Shown: one piece after another, positions 27,186 through 44,329 of the stretch
Position numbering within the stretch: position 1 is the stretch's first letter
Layout: each line of letters starts with the position of its first letter
Source of the DNA: Eledone cirrhosa
Taxonomy: Eukaryota
DNA: 64,000 nt
Direction of reading: 5' to 3'
NCBI GenBank assembly: GCA_964016885.1
Contig: OZ024748.1
Span: forward strand, 53,878,001-53,942,000
Made by a program: the position numbers and the translations under genes
The notes under the pieces: model-generated
What the model saw: only the letters and a program-made list of their open reading frames with translations
Told to the model about the DNA's origin: nothing
The model's database searches: none

Positions 27186-27271
27186 GTTTATATATATATA
27201 TATATAAATATATATATGCATATATATATATATATAAATATATATGTTTGCGTGTTGTGCATAAATATGTA

Positions 27272-27302
<31 letters not shown>

Positions 27303-27523
27303 TGTGTGTGTGTGTATATATATATATATATGTGTTTGTATATGTATGTATATATGTGTGTGTATGTATGTACATATATATATATATATGTGAGTGTGTG
27401 TGTGTTAGTGCTTTTTGCATCAGTTCATATACGTACTTATAAATACACATGAATGCATATAGATATATGCATATGAATATAAGTCTATATATATATATAT
27501 ATACATACATATATATATGTGGC

Positions 27524-27557
<34 letters not shown>

Positions 27558-27712
27558 TAATCCTGCTTTGACCACTGGGATTAAGAAGCATTCTAATTGA
27601 GGTTTTTCTCTATGATAAAAGGATTCAGATTAGGAGCCTGAGTTCTAATGACCAGTCTTGCTCGACCCTCTAACCCTTCCATGCCACCCTGGCCTTCTAT
27701 TAAAGAACCCAG

Positions 27713-27779
<67 letters not shown>

Positions 27780-27839
27780 AGCAACCACTTAGCTTGCCAT
27801 ACCATTACTGCATCATCAACAATCACATCCCTTCATCTT

Positions 27840-27843
27840 TCAT

Positions 27844-27878
<35 letters not shown>

Positions 27879-27915
27879 CCACCACCACCAGCAACATCAA
27901 AATAATATCTATAGT

Positions 27916-27946
<31 letters not shown>

Positions 27947-28291
27947 ATAATGATGATAATAATAATAATAGTAATAATAATAATAATAATAATAATGATA
28001 GTCCACACTGATGTCATCATCAATGATATCATCATCATCATCATCATCATCGTCGACATAAAAACTACTATTATCATTAATCATCACCATCACCATCATC
28101 ATCATCATCATCATCATCATCATTACCATCATCATTACCATCATTATAATCATTATCACCATCGTTACCGTCATTGCTATTATCATCATCATCATCATTA
28201 CCATCATCATCATCATCATCATTACCGTCGTATTCATCATCATCATCATCGTAATCATTACCATCATCATCATCATCATCGTAATCATTAC

Positions 28292-28343
<52 letters not shown>

Positions 28344-28470
28344 GACATACTTTCATCCTTGGCAGCCTCTCCTTTCTCCTTCACATCATCAATATCATCA
28401 GTAATATCATCATGAAGATGGTTATCATTATTATTATCATTATCATCATCATCACAAACATTGTTATCAC
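27840..28470. repeat. (CAT/AAT/CAA)n compound array
   Basis: Direct reading. Confidence 0.95.
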
Positions 28471-28559
28471 CATGGCAGAAATCACAAAGAACAAGAAGGA
28501 ACAGACAAAACAAAACAAAAAATAACCCTTAGATCAAAAACAAGCATCAAAAAGACCAT

Positions 28560-30280
<1,721 letters not shown>

Positions 30281-30547
30281 TATAAAAGGAATGTGTTCTT
30301 CTTTTTAACCTGATCTGAAATTATAACTATTGCTTTCAGGCTTAATGTAGAAGTAACCAGTAATGTGTGTGAGAATATGACTCTATCAGTGTGTCTGTGT
30401 GTGTATGTTACTGTTTATATATGTATATCTATGTGTGTGTATGCGTGTGTTTGTGTCTGTACATTGTATAGTTATGTGTATGTATGTGTGTGTGTGTTTT
30501 TGTACTTTATTAATAACTGTAGATAAATGACCATACATAGTTTTATA

Positions 30548-30617
<70 letters not shown>

Positions 30618-31567
30618 TTTGTGTGTGCGAGTCAGAGAGAGTTAGTGAATGTATGTGTGCGTCTTTTGTGTATTTATCTATCTATCTGTGCCTGTGTGCT
30701 GAAGTAAAATGGTGTGCATATAGATGACCATAAATGGAATTATGTATACCTTTGTGTGTATGTTTGCGTATGTAAATGTGCATGTGTGTGTGTGTGTGTA
30801 CATATGTGTGTGTATACGTGTTTACATACTTATTTGTGTATATGTATGTATGTGTTTTTGTGTACTGAAGCAAGGATACATTTGCATTACCAATACAGAC
30901 ACAATCTCTCATATGTATATATATACACACACACACACTAATACACACACACACACACATACACACATATATATATATATATATTTATATACATGGTGTT
31001 GTTGTGATTTGACCCTCTCAATTAACCACAAGTGGTTCCACAACTTCAAATAAGGATCTAAGTGGCTAGTTTCAGTTTTCATTGAAGACTCATCAGGGAT
31101 CTCTTATCTCATGTTTCTAACTGTTGCAGTTAAGAAGCAAAGGACAGCTTATGGAAAATGTGAGACAAGCATAGCAAAATTTGCATAATGGTCAGTGGTA
31201 ACTTTAGTGTTCTTTTACTGAGAGACTAAATATCATCCATCACACCATCATCATCAGCATCACCATAATCATCACCATCGTCACCGTCACCATCATCTCC
31301 ATCACCATCACCATTGTTGTCATCATTTTCATCTCCATCATCATCATCACCATCACCACAATCAACATCATTGTCATCATCTTTCTACATTTTTTTTTTT
31401 TTTCTGTGGTTGCATGTATTGGACATGTCTTTTCCAGCACAGCTTTCCTCCACTCAGACCATTCCTTCATCATCTCCTCTCAGAGGTTCAGTATTTTAAG
31501 ACCCTCTTTAGACCACTTCTGCCCAGGTCATCCCCTACTTTAGTTGGCACTTCTTCACTCAATGATC

Positions 31568-31720
31568 ATCTATATATAAACTTGAGCGATTTCTGTCTGT
31601 CCGTCCGTCCGTTACACAATGTGTGTGTTTTTGTGAATGTATGCGGGTGTAAAAGGAAGGAAGGGGATGGTGAAAAAACTATAGCAAAACAGTGGTTGGC
31701 GTTCCATTTGCTACGTTGTG
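31568..31720 (+). mobile_element. Possible non-autonomous Helitron 5' end
   Basis: A|TCTATATATAAA followed by ctgtctgtccgtccgtccgt; no CTRR 3' end found. Confidence 0.3.
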
Positions 31721-32008
31721 TGTGAGTATATGTATGTGTTTGTTTAAATGCATGTGTGTGTGTGTTTGTGTGAATGTATGTCTGTGTTTGCACATTTATA
31801 TTTATATACTCATACATATAAATGTATGCCTATGCACATATATACATATGTGCCAGCGTGTTGAAAAAATATTCTAGTCATACATAAAGATCACATGTTC
31901 ATACCAGCATGGTTTTCTCTTTTGCACCATACATCTTATTCCTTTCATACTCAGTTGTTCCCTCAGCTGAACCATGCTCTGTCAATATTTATTTATAAAA
32001 CAAATCTG

Positions 32009-32074
32009 TATTTTATCTGATGAAAGCGCACCATGATTTACCTTGGTTGCCTTTGAAATATATATAATAAAATA
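32009..32074 (+). ncRNA. Type-I hammerhead ribozyme motif (PLE-type)
   Basis: Stem I TATTTTAT/ATAAAATA; CTGATGA; stem II AAG.GCACCA/TGG.TGCCTT; GAAA; palindromic ATATATAT; AUA site. Confidence 0.8.
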
Positions 32075-32210
32075 ATTATGGTTTTATAAATATAGTTTCC
32101 ATTTATTAATATATTGTATATTTACTCCACTAACTTGTTGAGTGCTTTATTTCAGTTATAAAAAATGTTTAAGCTTGTTGAATCCCAACAAATTAAATAT
32201 AACCTCTGCA

Positions 32211-32251
<41 letters not shown>

Positions 32252-32267
32252 GTCATCATTATCATCA

Positions 32268-32333
<66 letters not shown>

Positions 32334-32383
32334 ATATAGTGACGAAACATAAGTCAATTGCATGAACTCATAATCCTTTATTT

Positions 32384-32439
32384 ACTGCTATATATATTTC
32401 GATGATAGCCATTGAATGGCTATGACCTCATCAGGCAGT
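32384..32439 (-). ncRNA. Type-I hammerhead ribozyme motif
   Basis: Minus strand: ACTGC-CTGATGA-GGTcATAGCCAT/ATGGCTATcATC-GAAA-TATATA-TA-GCAGT. Confidence 0.85.
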
Positions 32440-32501
32440 TAGTCAGTTCTTAGATATGTCAGCTCTGTGTGTATAGTGTTGATGGTATCAGAGCCTTGGG
32501 A

Positions 32502-32545
<44 letters not shown>

Positions 32546-32549
<4 letters not shown>

Positions 32550-32806
32550 AAGAAAATGCAAAGAAATTTCAGATTTTAAAGTCCTTTAATGATAATGCTG
32601 TGATACATATTTCAATGACAACAGCAGCGACACACTTCAGTGTACCCAGTGCCGTGACATCATCAGACAGCTTCTTACATAATAAGGTTATGTTCCCAAA
32701 GTAATCCAAATTGAATCGACAAGGAAACGGACAAAGCAGGTCTTCTTGGGTCCTTCGTCCGTTCCCTTGTGAGTCAATTCACCCCCACTGGTTTGCATTA
32801 TCATCA

Positions 32807-32849
<43 letters not shown>

Positions 32850-33085
32850 TGGTAAGAAACTCTCTGGACAGCTGGAGAGTGGAAGGTCTTCAGAGAAGAA
32901 GCCTCACTCGAGCAAGTGTTTTGGCCCTTAGAGAGAGACTGTGGTGCTGAGACTGGGGAGACAACAAACCATGGCAGTACTCTATTCATGGGAAGAAGCA
33001 GAGTGAGTATAGAGGAAGGTAAAAACCTGACCGTGATGCCAAATGGTTTCAGGTTGTGTTCAGCAAACCTCTCCGAGACCCTTAA
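32546..33085 (-). mobile_element. Penelope-like remnant: degenerate GIY-YIG C-terminus + pLTR, split by (TA)n
   Basis: RVSERFAEH...(frameshifts) MVCCL...LKTFHSP, upstream of a same-strand hammerhead. Confidence 0.55.
32597..32671 (-). ncRNA. Type-I hammerhead ribozyme motif with long stem II
   Basis: Minus strand: GCTGT-CTGATGA-(46 nt; ACGGCA/TGCTGT, ACAC/GTGT)-GAAA-TATGTA-TC-ACAGC. Confidence 0.75.
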
Positions 33086-33265
33086 AGAGAGAGAGAGAGG
33101 GCAATAAGCACACTCAACATAGATATGTATGCATGCAGAAGCACACACACGTACATACATACTAACATAAACATACTCACATACAGTCATACATACCCAC
33201 ATGTATATGCACATCTATCCATCTATACATACATACACAGACACTTACACAGATGCATACATGTA

Positions 33266-33683
33266 TACATGGTGGCTGCCAACTCGTTTTCGAGTACAGC
33301 CACTACTTTATATCCATGTAGGAGAACTCCTACCGATCCGCTGAACGAGTGTGACTTTTTAGTCCAGCCAGCGACTTGAAAACTCTGGTACAAACACTAC
33401 ACTTGTGACAATTATTGACACATAGTGCTGGGCCCATGGTACCGTGTGGCGACAAGTGCAGAGAGATCTCTAGATATAAAGCAATGCCTGTGCCGAGAAG
33501 CTTTTATAGTGAGCAAAGGCACTGCACAAACCCAGTCCCACTCTCTTAACCAAGATGATATTTACCAAAAAGAAGAACAAGTCAACATCATTGGATACCA
33601 TCAGAGTTGCAGGTGTTATATCAGAGTTTTCCTTCTCCTAGAATTCTGCCTTGACAAAGGCTAAGGGGTCATCTCTCCCTGAC
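33266..33683 (-). mobile_element. Bipartite RTE-derived non-autonomous element
   Basis: RTE 5'-UTR-like ctaggagaaggaaaactctga joined to the C2H2/3' end; copy of 22848-23152. Confidence 0.75.
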
Positions 33684-33727
33684 ATGTATATATACCCACA
33701 TACATACATACATATATATATCCACAT

Positions 33728-34088
33728 ATATGATGGCTTCCCCCTCATTATCGAGTATGCCCATTGCACGATATACCATTATTAATAATTATTAATTAAT
33801 TCTATCGTGCAATGCCTGTGCGTGAACGTGAAGATATTTTTTAAAGTGAGGAAAGACTGTGCACTGAGCCAATCCCACTCTCTGAGCGACAGTAGCTATA
33901 ACCTGAGAAGAAGAAAAGATCAACATCATCGGTAACTACTGAGCCACAGGTTTTATATGGGAGGTATCCCAGTTTCCTGAGTTGCCTTCTCCTAGAAGAA
34001 TGTCCTGACAAAGGCTAGGGGTCCTTCACTCCCAGTGGTTTAACCACGTGATCGGGTGTCCAGCCCAACTATTTCTATGTCCCCCGCG
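33728..34088 (-). mobile_element. Related bipartite RTE-derived element (second subfamily, no zinc finger)
   Basis: Shares tagcctttgtca, ctaggagaagg, gagagtggga, cacaggcattgc and catactcga with the neighbouring element. Confidence 0.7.
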
Positions 34089-34265
34089 CATATACATACA
34101 CATGTACATGTGTATATACATATTTACATACATACATATATACCCACATACATATACAGATGCTCTCTCTCTCTCCCTCTCTCTCTCTCCCTCTCTCTCC
34201 CTCCCTCTCTCTCTCTCTCCCTCTCTCTCTCTCTCCCTCTCTCTCCCTCCCTCTCCCTCTCTCTA

Positions 34266-34297
<32 letters not shown>

Positions 34298-34992
34298 AAC
34301 TGACCAGAATCTGGCAAGATACACAGATGCATACATACATACATATCCACATATATACACAGGTGCATACATACATACATATACATACATATATACCCAC
34401 ATACACAGATGCACACATACATATATGCCCATATACAGAGATGCACACATACATATATATACCCTCATACACAGATGCATACATACATACATATCCACAT
34501 ATATACACAGATGCATACATACTTACATATACATACATATATACCCACATACACAGATGCACACATACATACATATATACCCACATACACAGATGCACAC
34601 ATACATATATGCCCGTATACAGAGATGCACACATACATATATATACCCTCATACACAGATGCACACATACATATATATATACCCACATACATATATGCAC
34701 ATATATATATATACCCACATACACAGATACACAGATACACACATATATATATAGAGACATTTTGAACTGCAGTCATCTACTAATTACATTGTCCAGTACC
34801 GTAGAGTCACGAGAACACGTGTGGACGTTACATGCTCTTTAGTTGGGTCAGTCAGGGAGGGGACGGTGTGTGTGTGTGAATGTATGTGTGTGTGTGAGTG
34901 TATGTATGTGTGAGTGTATGTATGCGTGTGTGTTTATGTGTAAAGTTATAAACTGGTGTGAAATATAGTACATATGCACATGCTTAGTTTGG

Positions 34993-35031
<39 letters not shown>

Positions 35032-35289
35032 TTTATCTCCCCTCTTTTTTCTTCCTCTTCTCTCTCACTTGCTTTCTCTCTCTCCCTCTCTCTATTGCCC
35101 CCCCCCTCTCTCTCTCTCTCTTCACTGGCCAGAATCTGGCAAGCTGTCAGTCATTTTAGTTACAGTAACAGCTTGGTGTTGTTGAGGGTGGGTGGGGGAG
35201 TGTTTGGATGATGTGTAGGAGGGAGGGTGTGAGGTAAGGAGGTAATTTACTCTATAGTCCCTGCTATTTATTTACTACAGCAAGTGGTT

Positions 35290-36210
35290 TTGGTGTGGTG
35301 TGGGTGGTGGTGGTTGTAGTGTTGGGGAGAGTGATGGTTGTGTTGGTGGTGGTGGTGGTGGGGAGAGTGATGGTTGTGTTGGTGGTTGTGGTGGTGGTTG
35401 TAGTGTTGGGGAGAGTGATGGTTGTGTTGGTGGTGGTGGTGGTGGGGAGAGTGATGGTTGTGTTGGTGGTTGTGGTGGTGGTTGTAGTGTTGGGGAGAGT
35501 GATGGTTGTGTTGGTGGTGGTGGTGGTGGGGAGAGTGATGGTTGTGTTGGTGGTGGTTGTAGTGTTGGGGAGAGTGATGGTTGTGTTGGTGGTTGTGGTG
35601 TTGGGGAGAGTGATGGTTGTGTTGGTGGTGGTGGTGTTAGGGAGAGTGATGGTTGTGTTGGTGGTGGTGGTGTTGGGGAGAGTGATGGTTGTGTTGGTGG
35701 TGTTGGGGAGAGTGATGGTTGTGTTGGTGGTTGTGTTGGTGGTGGTGGTGTTGGGGAGAGTGATGGTTGTGTTGGTGGTGGTGGTGTTGGGGAGAGTGAT
35801 GGTTGTGTTGGTGGTGTTGGGGAGAGTGATGGTTGTGTTGGTGGTTGTGTTGGTGGTGGTGGTGTTGGGGAGAGTGATGGTTGTGTTGGTGGTGGTGGTG
35901 TTGGGGAGAGTGATGGTTGTGTTGGTGGTGTTGGGGAGAGTGATGGTTGTGTTGGTGGTTGTGTTGGTGGTGGTGGTGTTGGGGAGAGTGATGGTTGTGT
36001 TGGTGGTGGTGGTGTTGGGGAGAGTGATGGTTGTGTTGGTGGTGGTGGTGTTGGGGAGAGTGATGGTCGTGTTGGTGGTTGTGTTGGTGGTGGTGGTGTT
36101 GGGGAGAATGATGGTTGTGTTGGTGGTTGTGTTGGTGGTGGTGGTGTTGGGGAGAGTGATGGTTGTGTTGGTGGTGTTGGGGAGAGTGATGGTTGTGTTG
36201 GTGGTGATGG
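35290..36210. repeat. (GGT)n-based minisatellite with ggggagagtgat anchor
   Basis: Direct reading. Confidence 0.95.
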
Positions 36211-36282
36211 TGTTGGTGGTATTGTTGGTGGCGGTGGTAGTGGTGGTTGTATTGCTATTAGTAGTAATGTTGTTACTATGAC

Positions 36283-36765
36283 ATTAGTATTGGTGTCATG
36301 GTAGGTGTTGGTGTTAATGGTATTGTTGGTGGTGTAGATTGTAGTGGCTGTAGTGTTGGTGGTGGCTGTGGTGGTAGTTGTTGTCATGGTGTTAGTATTG
36401 GTGTCATGGTAGGTGTTGGTGCTAATGGTATTGTTGGTGGTGTAGATTGTAGTGGCTGTAGTGTTGGTGGTGGCTGTGGTGGTAGTTGTTGTCATGGTGT
36501 TAGTATTGGTGTCATGGTAGGTGTTGGTGCTAATGGTATTGTTGGTGGTGTAGATTGTAGTGGCTGTAGTGTTGGTGGTGGCTGTGGTGGTAGTTGTTGT
36601 CATGGTGTTAGTATTGGTGTCATGGTAGGTGTTGGTGCTAATGGTATTGTTGGTGGTGTAGATTGTAGTGGCTGTAGTGTTGGTGGTGGCTGTGGTGGTA
36701 GTTGTTGTCATGGTGTTAGTATTGGTGTCATGGTAGGTGTTGGTGCTAATGGTATTGTTGGTGGT
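36283..36765. repeat. 108-bp tandem repeat, about 4.4 copies
   Basis: gtcatggtagg at 36295, 36403, 36511, 36619 and 36727. Confidence 0.95.
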
Positions 36766-36839
36766 CAAGGTGATGGGGCTAATAGTAGTTTTGGTGTTAA
36801 TAGGGGTGGGTGGTGGTGTTATTTGTCATGGGGTTGGTA

Positions 36840-38250
36840 ATGGTTAGTTGTTGTTGGTAGTGGTGGTGGTGGTAATGGAGGTGATGGTGTTGTTCTTGGT
36901 GGTGGTGGTGGTGGTGGTGGTGTGGTTCTTTTTGATGATAGTAATGGTACTACTGGTGGTGGTAGTTGTGGTGGCAGTGGTGCTGGTGGCAGTGGTGGTG
37001 GTAGTGGTGGTGGCATTGATGGTGGTGGTGGAGGTGGTAGTGGTGCTTGTGGTGGTGGTAGCGGTGGTGGTGGTGGTAGTGGCAGTGGCAGTGATGGTGG
37101 TAGTGGTGGTGGTGGCAGTGGTGGTGGTAGTAGTGGTAGTAGTGGTAGTAGAGGTGGTGGTGGTGATCAGAGAGCACCATATTGATGGTATTAGTGGTGT
37201 GAATATTACAATGGTTGACATGGTGGGGGTGGTGGGGGGTGACAATGTTGGAGGGGTGGAAGGGGACAATGATATTGACAATAGCTCTAGCTTCAATGGT
37301 GCTGGTGATGGTATTAAAGGCAATGTTGGCAGTGCTGTGGTTGTTTAGCCCCTGGTCAGTCTTGATTCAGCCACCTATGGTCAAAAGTGTATTTTTGTAC
37401 ATCCAGAACAATGTCCGATGTGTCCTTCACCTTTTAAAATGATAGAGTGTGAGTTGGAAATAATTTGGCTGCTATTTTTAGCAGGTCAAGATACGAAGCA
37501 CAGGCAATGGCATTGGCTCATGTTGTTGTGTGGTGTGATGGTGGTGGTGGTGTGATGGTGGTGTTGTTGTGTGGAGTGGTGGTGGTGGTGGTGGTGGTGG
37601 TGGTGGTGGTGTTGTGTGGAGTGGTGGTGGTGGTGTGATTGTGGTGTTGTTGTGTGGAGTGGTGGTGGTGGTGGTGGTGTGATGGTGGTGGTGTTGTGTG
37701 GCGTGATGGTGGTGGTGGTGTGATGGTGGTGTTGTTGTGTGGAGTGGTGGTGGTGGTGGTGGTGGTGGTGTTGTGTGGTGTGATGGTGGTGGTGGTGTGA
37801 TGGTGGTGGTGGTGTGATGGTGGTGTTGTTGTTGTGTGGAGTGGTGGTGGTGGTGTGATTGTGGTGTTGTTGTGTGGCGTGATGGTGGTGGTATTGGTGG
37901 TGGTGGTGTTGTTGGTGTGGTCATTATGTTGTTGTTGTGTGGGGTGGTGGTGGTAGTGGTGGTGTGGTTGTGTTTTTGTTGTGTGATGGTGGTGTTGGTG
38001 GTGTGGTCATTATGTTGTTGTGTGGGGTGGTGGTGGTGGTATGGAGGTGGTGGTGGTATGGTGGTGGTGGTGGTGGTGGTGGTGTGGTTGTGTTTTTGTT
38101 GTGCGATGGTGATGGTGGTGGTGTTGGTGGTGTGGTCATTATGTTGTTGTGTGGGGTGGTGATGGTGGTGTGGTCATTATGTTGTTGTGTGGGGTGTTGG
38201 CGGTGTGGTGGTGTGGTTGTTGGTGTGTGGGTGATGGTGGTGGTGGTGGT
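36840..38250. repeat. (GGT)n-rich arrays with an interspersed repeat fragment at 37345-37505
   Basis: Direct reading. Confidence 0.85.
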
Positions 38251-38884
38251 AGTGTCATTGTCCAGAGTCAGATTAAGCATGCATGTGGCCCCTGGCTGAA
38301 AAGTTCATTTGTGTGTGTTGGTGGTGGGGCTGTGTTGGGGATGGTTCTGGGTATTGATGGAAGCATAACAATTAATTTGGATCCCTTTGAATATTGTGGG
38401 GCGTCCCTAACATTGTCAGCCATCTCCACACACCCTTAAACTACCACTAGTTAATGTTGTGATGATAGGGGCGATGGTGTGGTCATTGTGATAATGGTGG
38501 TGGTGGTGGTGGTGGGGTGGTTGTTATGATGGGGAGGGGCAGTAGCGTGAGTGTTGTGATGCTGGTGGTGCTGTTGTTGTGATGTTTGAGCTCCTGCACC
38601 TATTATTGGTCACCTTGTTAGGGCTGCTGGTGATGTTGATGTTATTAGTTGAATTGGTGGCTGTGATATTGGTGTTGTTGTTGCTGGTGCTGGTTGTGGT
38701 TATTATTGGTCTCAGCTAGAGTGTTTGTGATGACAGGAGAGGTGCAGTGGGTACACCCCACCTTTCAACCTTAATATCTATTTATAGCATTTAGTTCAGT
38801 AGGCCAAACCACTCTCTTACTTTATCTTCACTCCCCTCTCTCTCTCTATTATTTACCATTTATCTTTCTTTCTCTCCCTACACT

Positions 38885-38956
<72 letters not shown>

Positions 38957-39621
38957 TTATCCTTACTCTTTCATTTGTTGTTTGTTTTCTACTTTCACTT
39001 TCAGTTACAGATTTTCTTTCTCATTCTTCTATTCTCCTTTTTTATCTTTTTCATTTTTCTTCTGCATGTCTCTCTCTCTCTCACACACTCCCTCTCTGTC
39101 TCTCTCTCTCATTTCCGTCTTTCTTCCTCTACCCTGTCCACATACTCTTTCCATTTCACAATTTACCTACACACACACTCCACCCATACACACACACACA
39201 TACTCAACCATACACCCACACTCATACACATACACTCCAACACATACACATACACCCCCACCAATTTACACACACATACACCACTACAACCCATATACAC
39301 ACATTACCACCCATGCACACACACACACACACATATACTCATACACCATACACACACCATACACTCACACATGAAAGATAGTTTATTCCACCCTCGCCAT
39401 ACCCTAACCGTGCAATGTACCAATGCAAGGTCTGCACCATTAAAGACTCAGATGTGCATGTATGCAAACACATGCACACGTACACACATATATACACACC
39501 CACACTTATCCATCTGCATGCATACACACACACACACATATGATCACAGCAGAGTCATGCAGTGCTATACTAGTATCACATCAAATGACTGCTGATTTTG
39601 TATCCCTCCCTCCCTCCCTCT

Positions 39622-39663
<42 letters not shown>

Positions 39664-39939
39664 TTACTACTGCTACTATTACTACTATTACAACTACTGC
39701 TGTTTCCATTCATAAACCTTGCTCAATCCTTTCATCAATGGTCCTGCACCACACCACACCACACTACCCTACACCACACCACACAACCCTGCGCCACACC
39801 ACACAACCCCGTGCCACACCACACCATGCTACCACCCACTACCCTCCACTGCAGTACTAATAACAGTCGGTCAGTCGGTCAGGTCAGCTTGGTGTGGAGA
39901 TTTGTAAGGGAAGGGGTCAAGGTTGGTAGTTAAAAGCAG

Positions 39940-40540
39940 GTGTGGTGGTGGTGTTGCTGGTGGTGGTGGTGGTATTGGTGGTATTGGTGGTGGTGGTGGT
40001 GGTGGTGGTGGTATTGGTGCTGGTGGTGGTGGTGGTGGTATTGGTGGTGGTGGTGGTATTGGTGGTGGTATTGGTGGTGGTGCTGGTGGTGGTATTGGTG
40101 CTGGTGGTGGTGGTGGTGGTGATGGTGGTGGTATTGGTGGTGGTGGTGGTGGTATTGGTGCTGGTGGTGGTGGTGGTGATGGTGGTGGTATTGGTGGTGG
40201 TGGTCGTGGTATTGGTGGTGGTGGTGGTATTGGTGCTGGTGGTGGTGTTACTGGTGGTGGTGGTGGTGGTGGTATTGGTGCTGGTGGTGGTGGTGGTGGT
40301 GATGGTGGTGGTATTGGTGGTGGTGGTGGTGGTATTGGTGCTGGTGGTGGTGGTGGTGATGGTGGTGGTATTGGTGGTGGTGGTGGTATTGGTGCTGGTG
40401 GTGGTGTTACTGGTGCTGGTGGTGGTGGTGGTATTGGTGCTGGTGGTGGTGGTGGTATTGGTGCTGGTGGTGGTGTTACTGGTGGTGGTGGTGGTGGTAT
40501 TGGTGCTGGTGGTGGTGGTGGTGGTATTGGTGGTGGTGGT
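39940..40540. repeat. (GGT)n array with att/gct/gat interruptions
   Basis: Direct reading. Confidence 0.95.
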
Positions 40541-41701
40541 GCCGAGAAGTCCATTCTCTCCCTGGAGGAAAGAAGTAAGAGAGAGGGGGGGAAGCTAGAT
40601 ATGTATGTGTCCGTGCATGTATGTGTATGTGTGTCGGTATACATGTGTATACAAATAAGTGTGTGTGTATGCATGTGTGTATATACATGTATATGAGAGT
40701 CTATGTGTGTGTATATATACATGTGTGTGTGTGTGGGTGTGTACATGTGCATGAGTGTATGTGTGTGTATACATGTGCATGAGTGTGTATGTATGGATAT
40801 GTGAGTATCCTTATATATGTGCACAAACATGTGTGTGATGTGTGTATATGTATGCATGTGTGTGAATATGTGCATGTATATGGATGAGTGCATATGTGTG
40901 TATTCATGTGCATGAGGATGTGCATATGTTTGAATGTGTATGTGTGTGCATGTAAGTAGATGAGTGTGTATGTATTATGTATGCATGTGTGTATTATGTA
41001 TGTGTGTATGTATGTGGATGAGTGTGTATGTATGTATGTGTCTATGTATGTGGATGAGTGTATGTATGTATGTGTGTATGTGGATGAGTGTGTATGTATG
41101 TATGTGTCTATGTATGTGGATAAGTGTATGTATGTATGTGTGTATGTGGATGAGTGTGTATGTATGTATGTGTGTGTGTATGCATGTGTGGGGTTATTAT
41201 CACTGGTGTTGACGAGGTGATGTACTGTACATGTGTGTATGTGTGTGTGGTGTTACTAGTGTTGACAAGGAGATGTAGTGTGCACGAGAGCTGTGTGTGT
41301 GTGTGCATGTGTGTGTGGTGCGGTGCGGTGTTATTATTAGTGTTGACGAGTTGATGCGTAGTGTCCATGAGTGAGGGGAGGTGATAGGAAGTGACTGGCT
41401 GGCTGGTTGATATACAAAGGATTGGTCACTCACTCAGTCAGTCAGTGAGTTAGTTGGTTGGTTGGTCAGTGAGTTAGTCGGTCAGTGGGTAAATGGGTGA
41501 GTGGGTGAATATGTTCAGTGGTCAAACAGGCCAAACATCCATTGATCTGGACACCGACCAGTTTAGTGCACTTTTGTGGCACAACACGGCACAGCATGGC
41601 AATAGCAGTGTCATTGTCGGTCAGCATGCAAGCATGTATATGTTTAAATACGCATATATACATACATCTATATATGTATATATATATATATATCCTTAAA
41701 T

Positions 41702-41750
<49 letters not shown>

Positions 41751-41859
41751 CATATGTATGAGTATATAAATATACTCACACACAAACGTACACATATGGA
41801 TATACATGTGTGTGTGTGTGTGTACACACACACACACACATGTATATAATATATCTATA

Positions 41860-44092
<2,233 letters not shown>

Positions 44093-44329
44093 GCATACAT
44101 ACACATATGGTTTGCACATACATACATACATACATATAGTCACACATACTAAGTCAACTGGTTGGTGATTGTAATGCAGCCTGCAGTCAGTCAAGCCAGC
44201 ATGCAGCTGCTTTGGCCAGGTGGACACCGCTCCAGCCATCTTACAAACCTACCAGCCAAGCTTTCTGTGGACTAACTGGCTGACTGGTCAGTGTGATGTC
44301 AGAAAGGCCAGACAGATTTAGTACAGATT

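Noticed and set aside
38262-38451. Possible hAT-like MITE
   Set aside because: The terminal inverted repeats are too degenerate to confirm.
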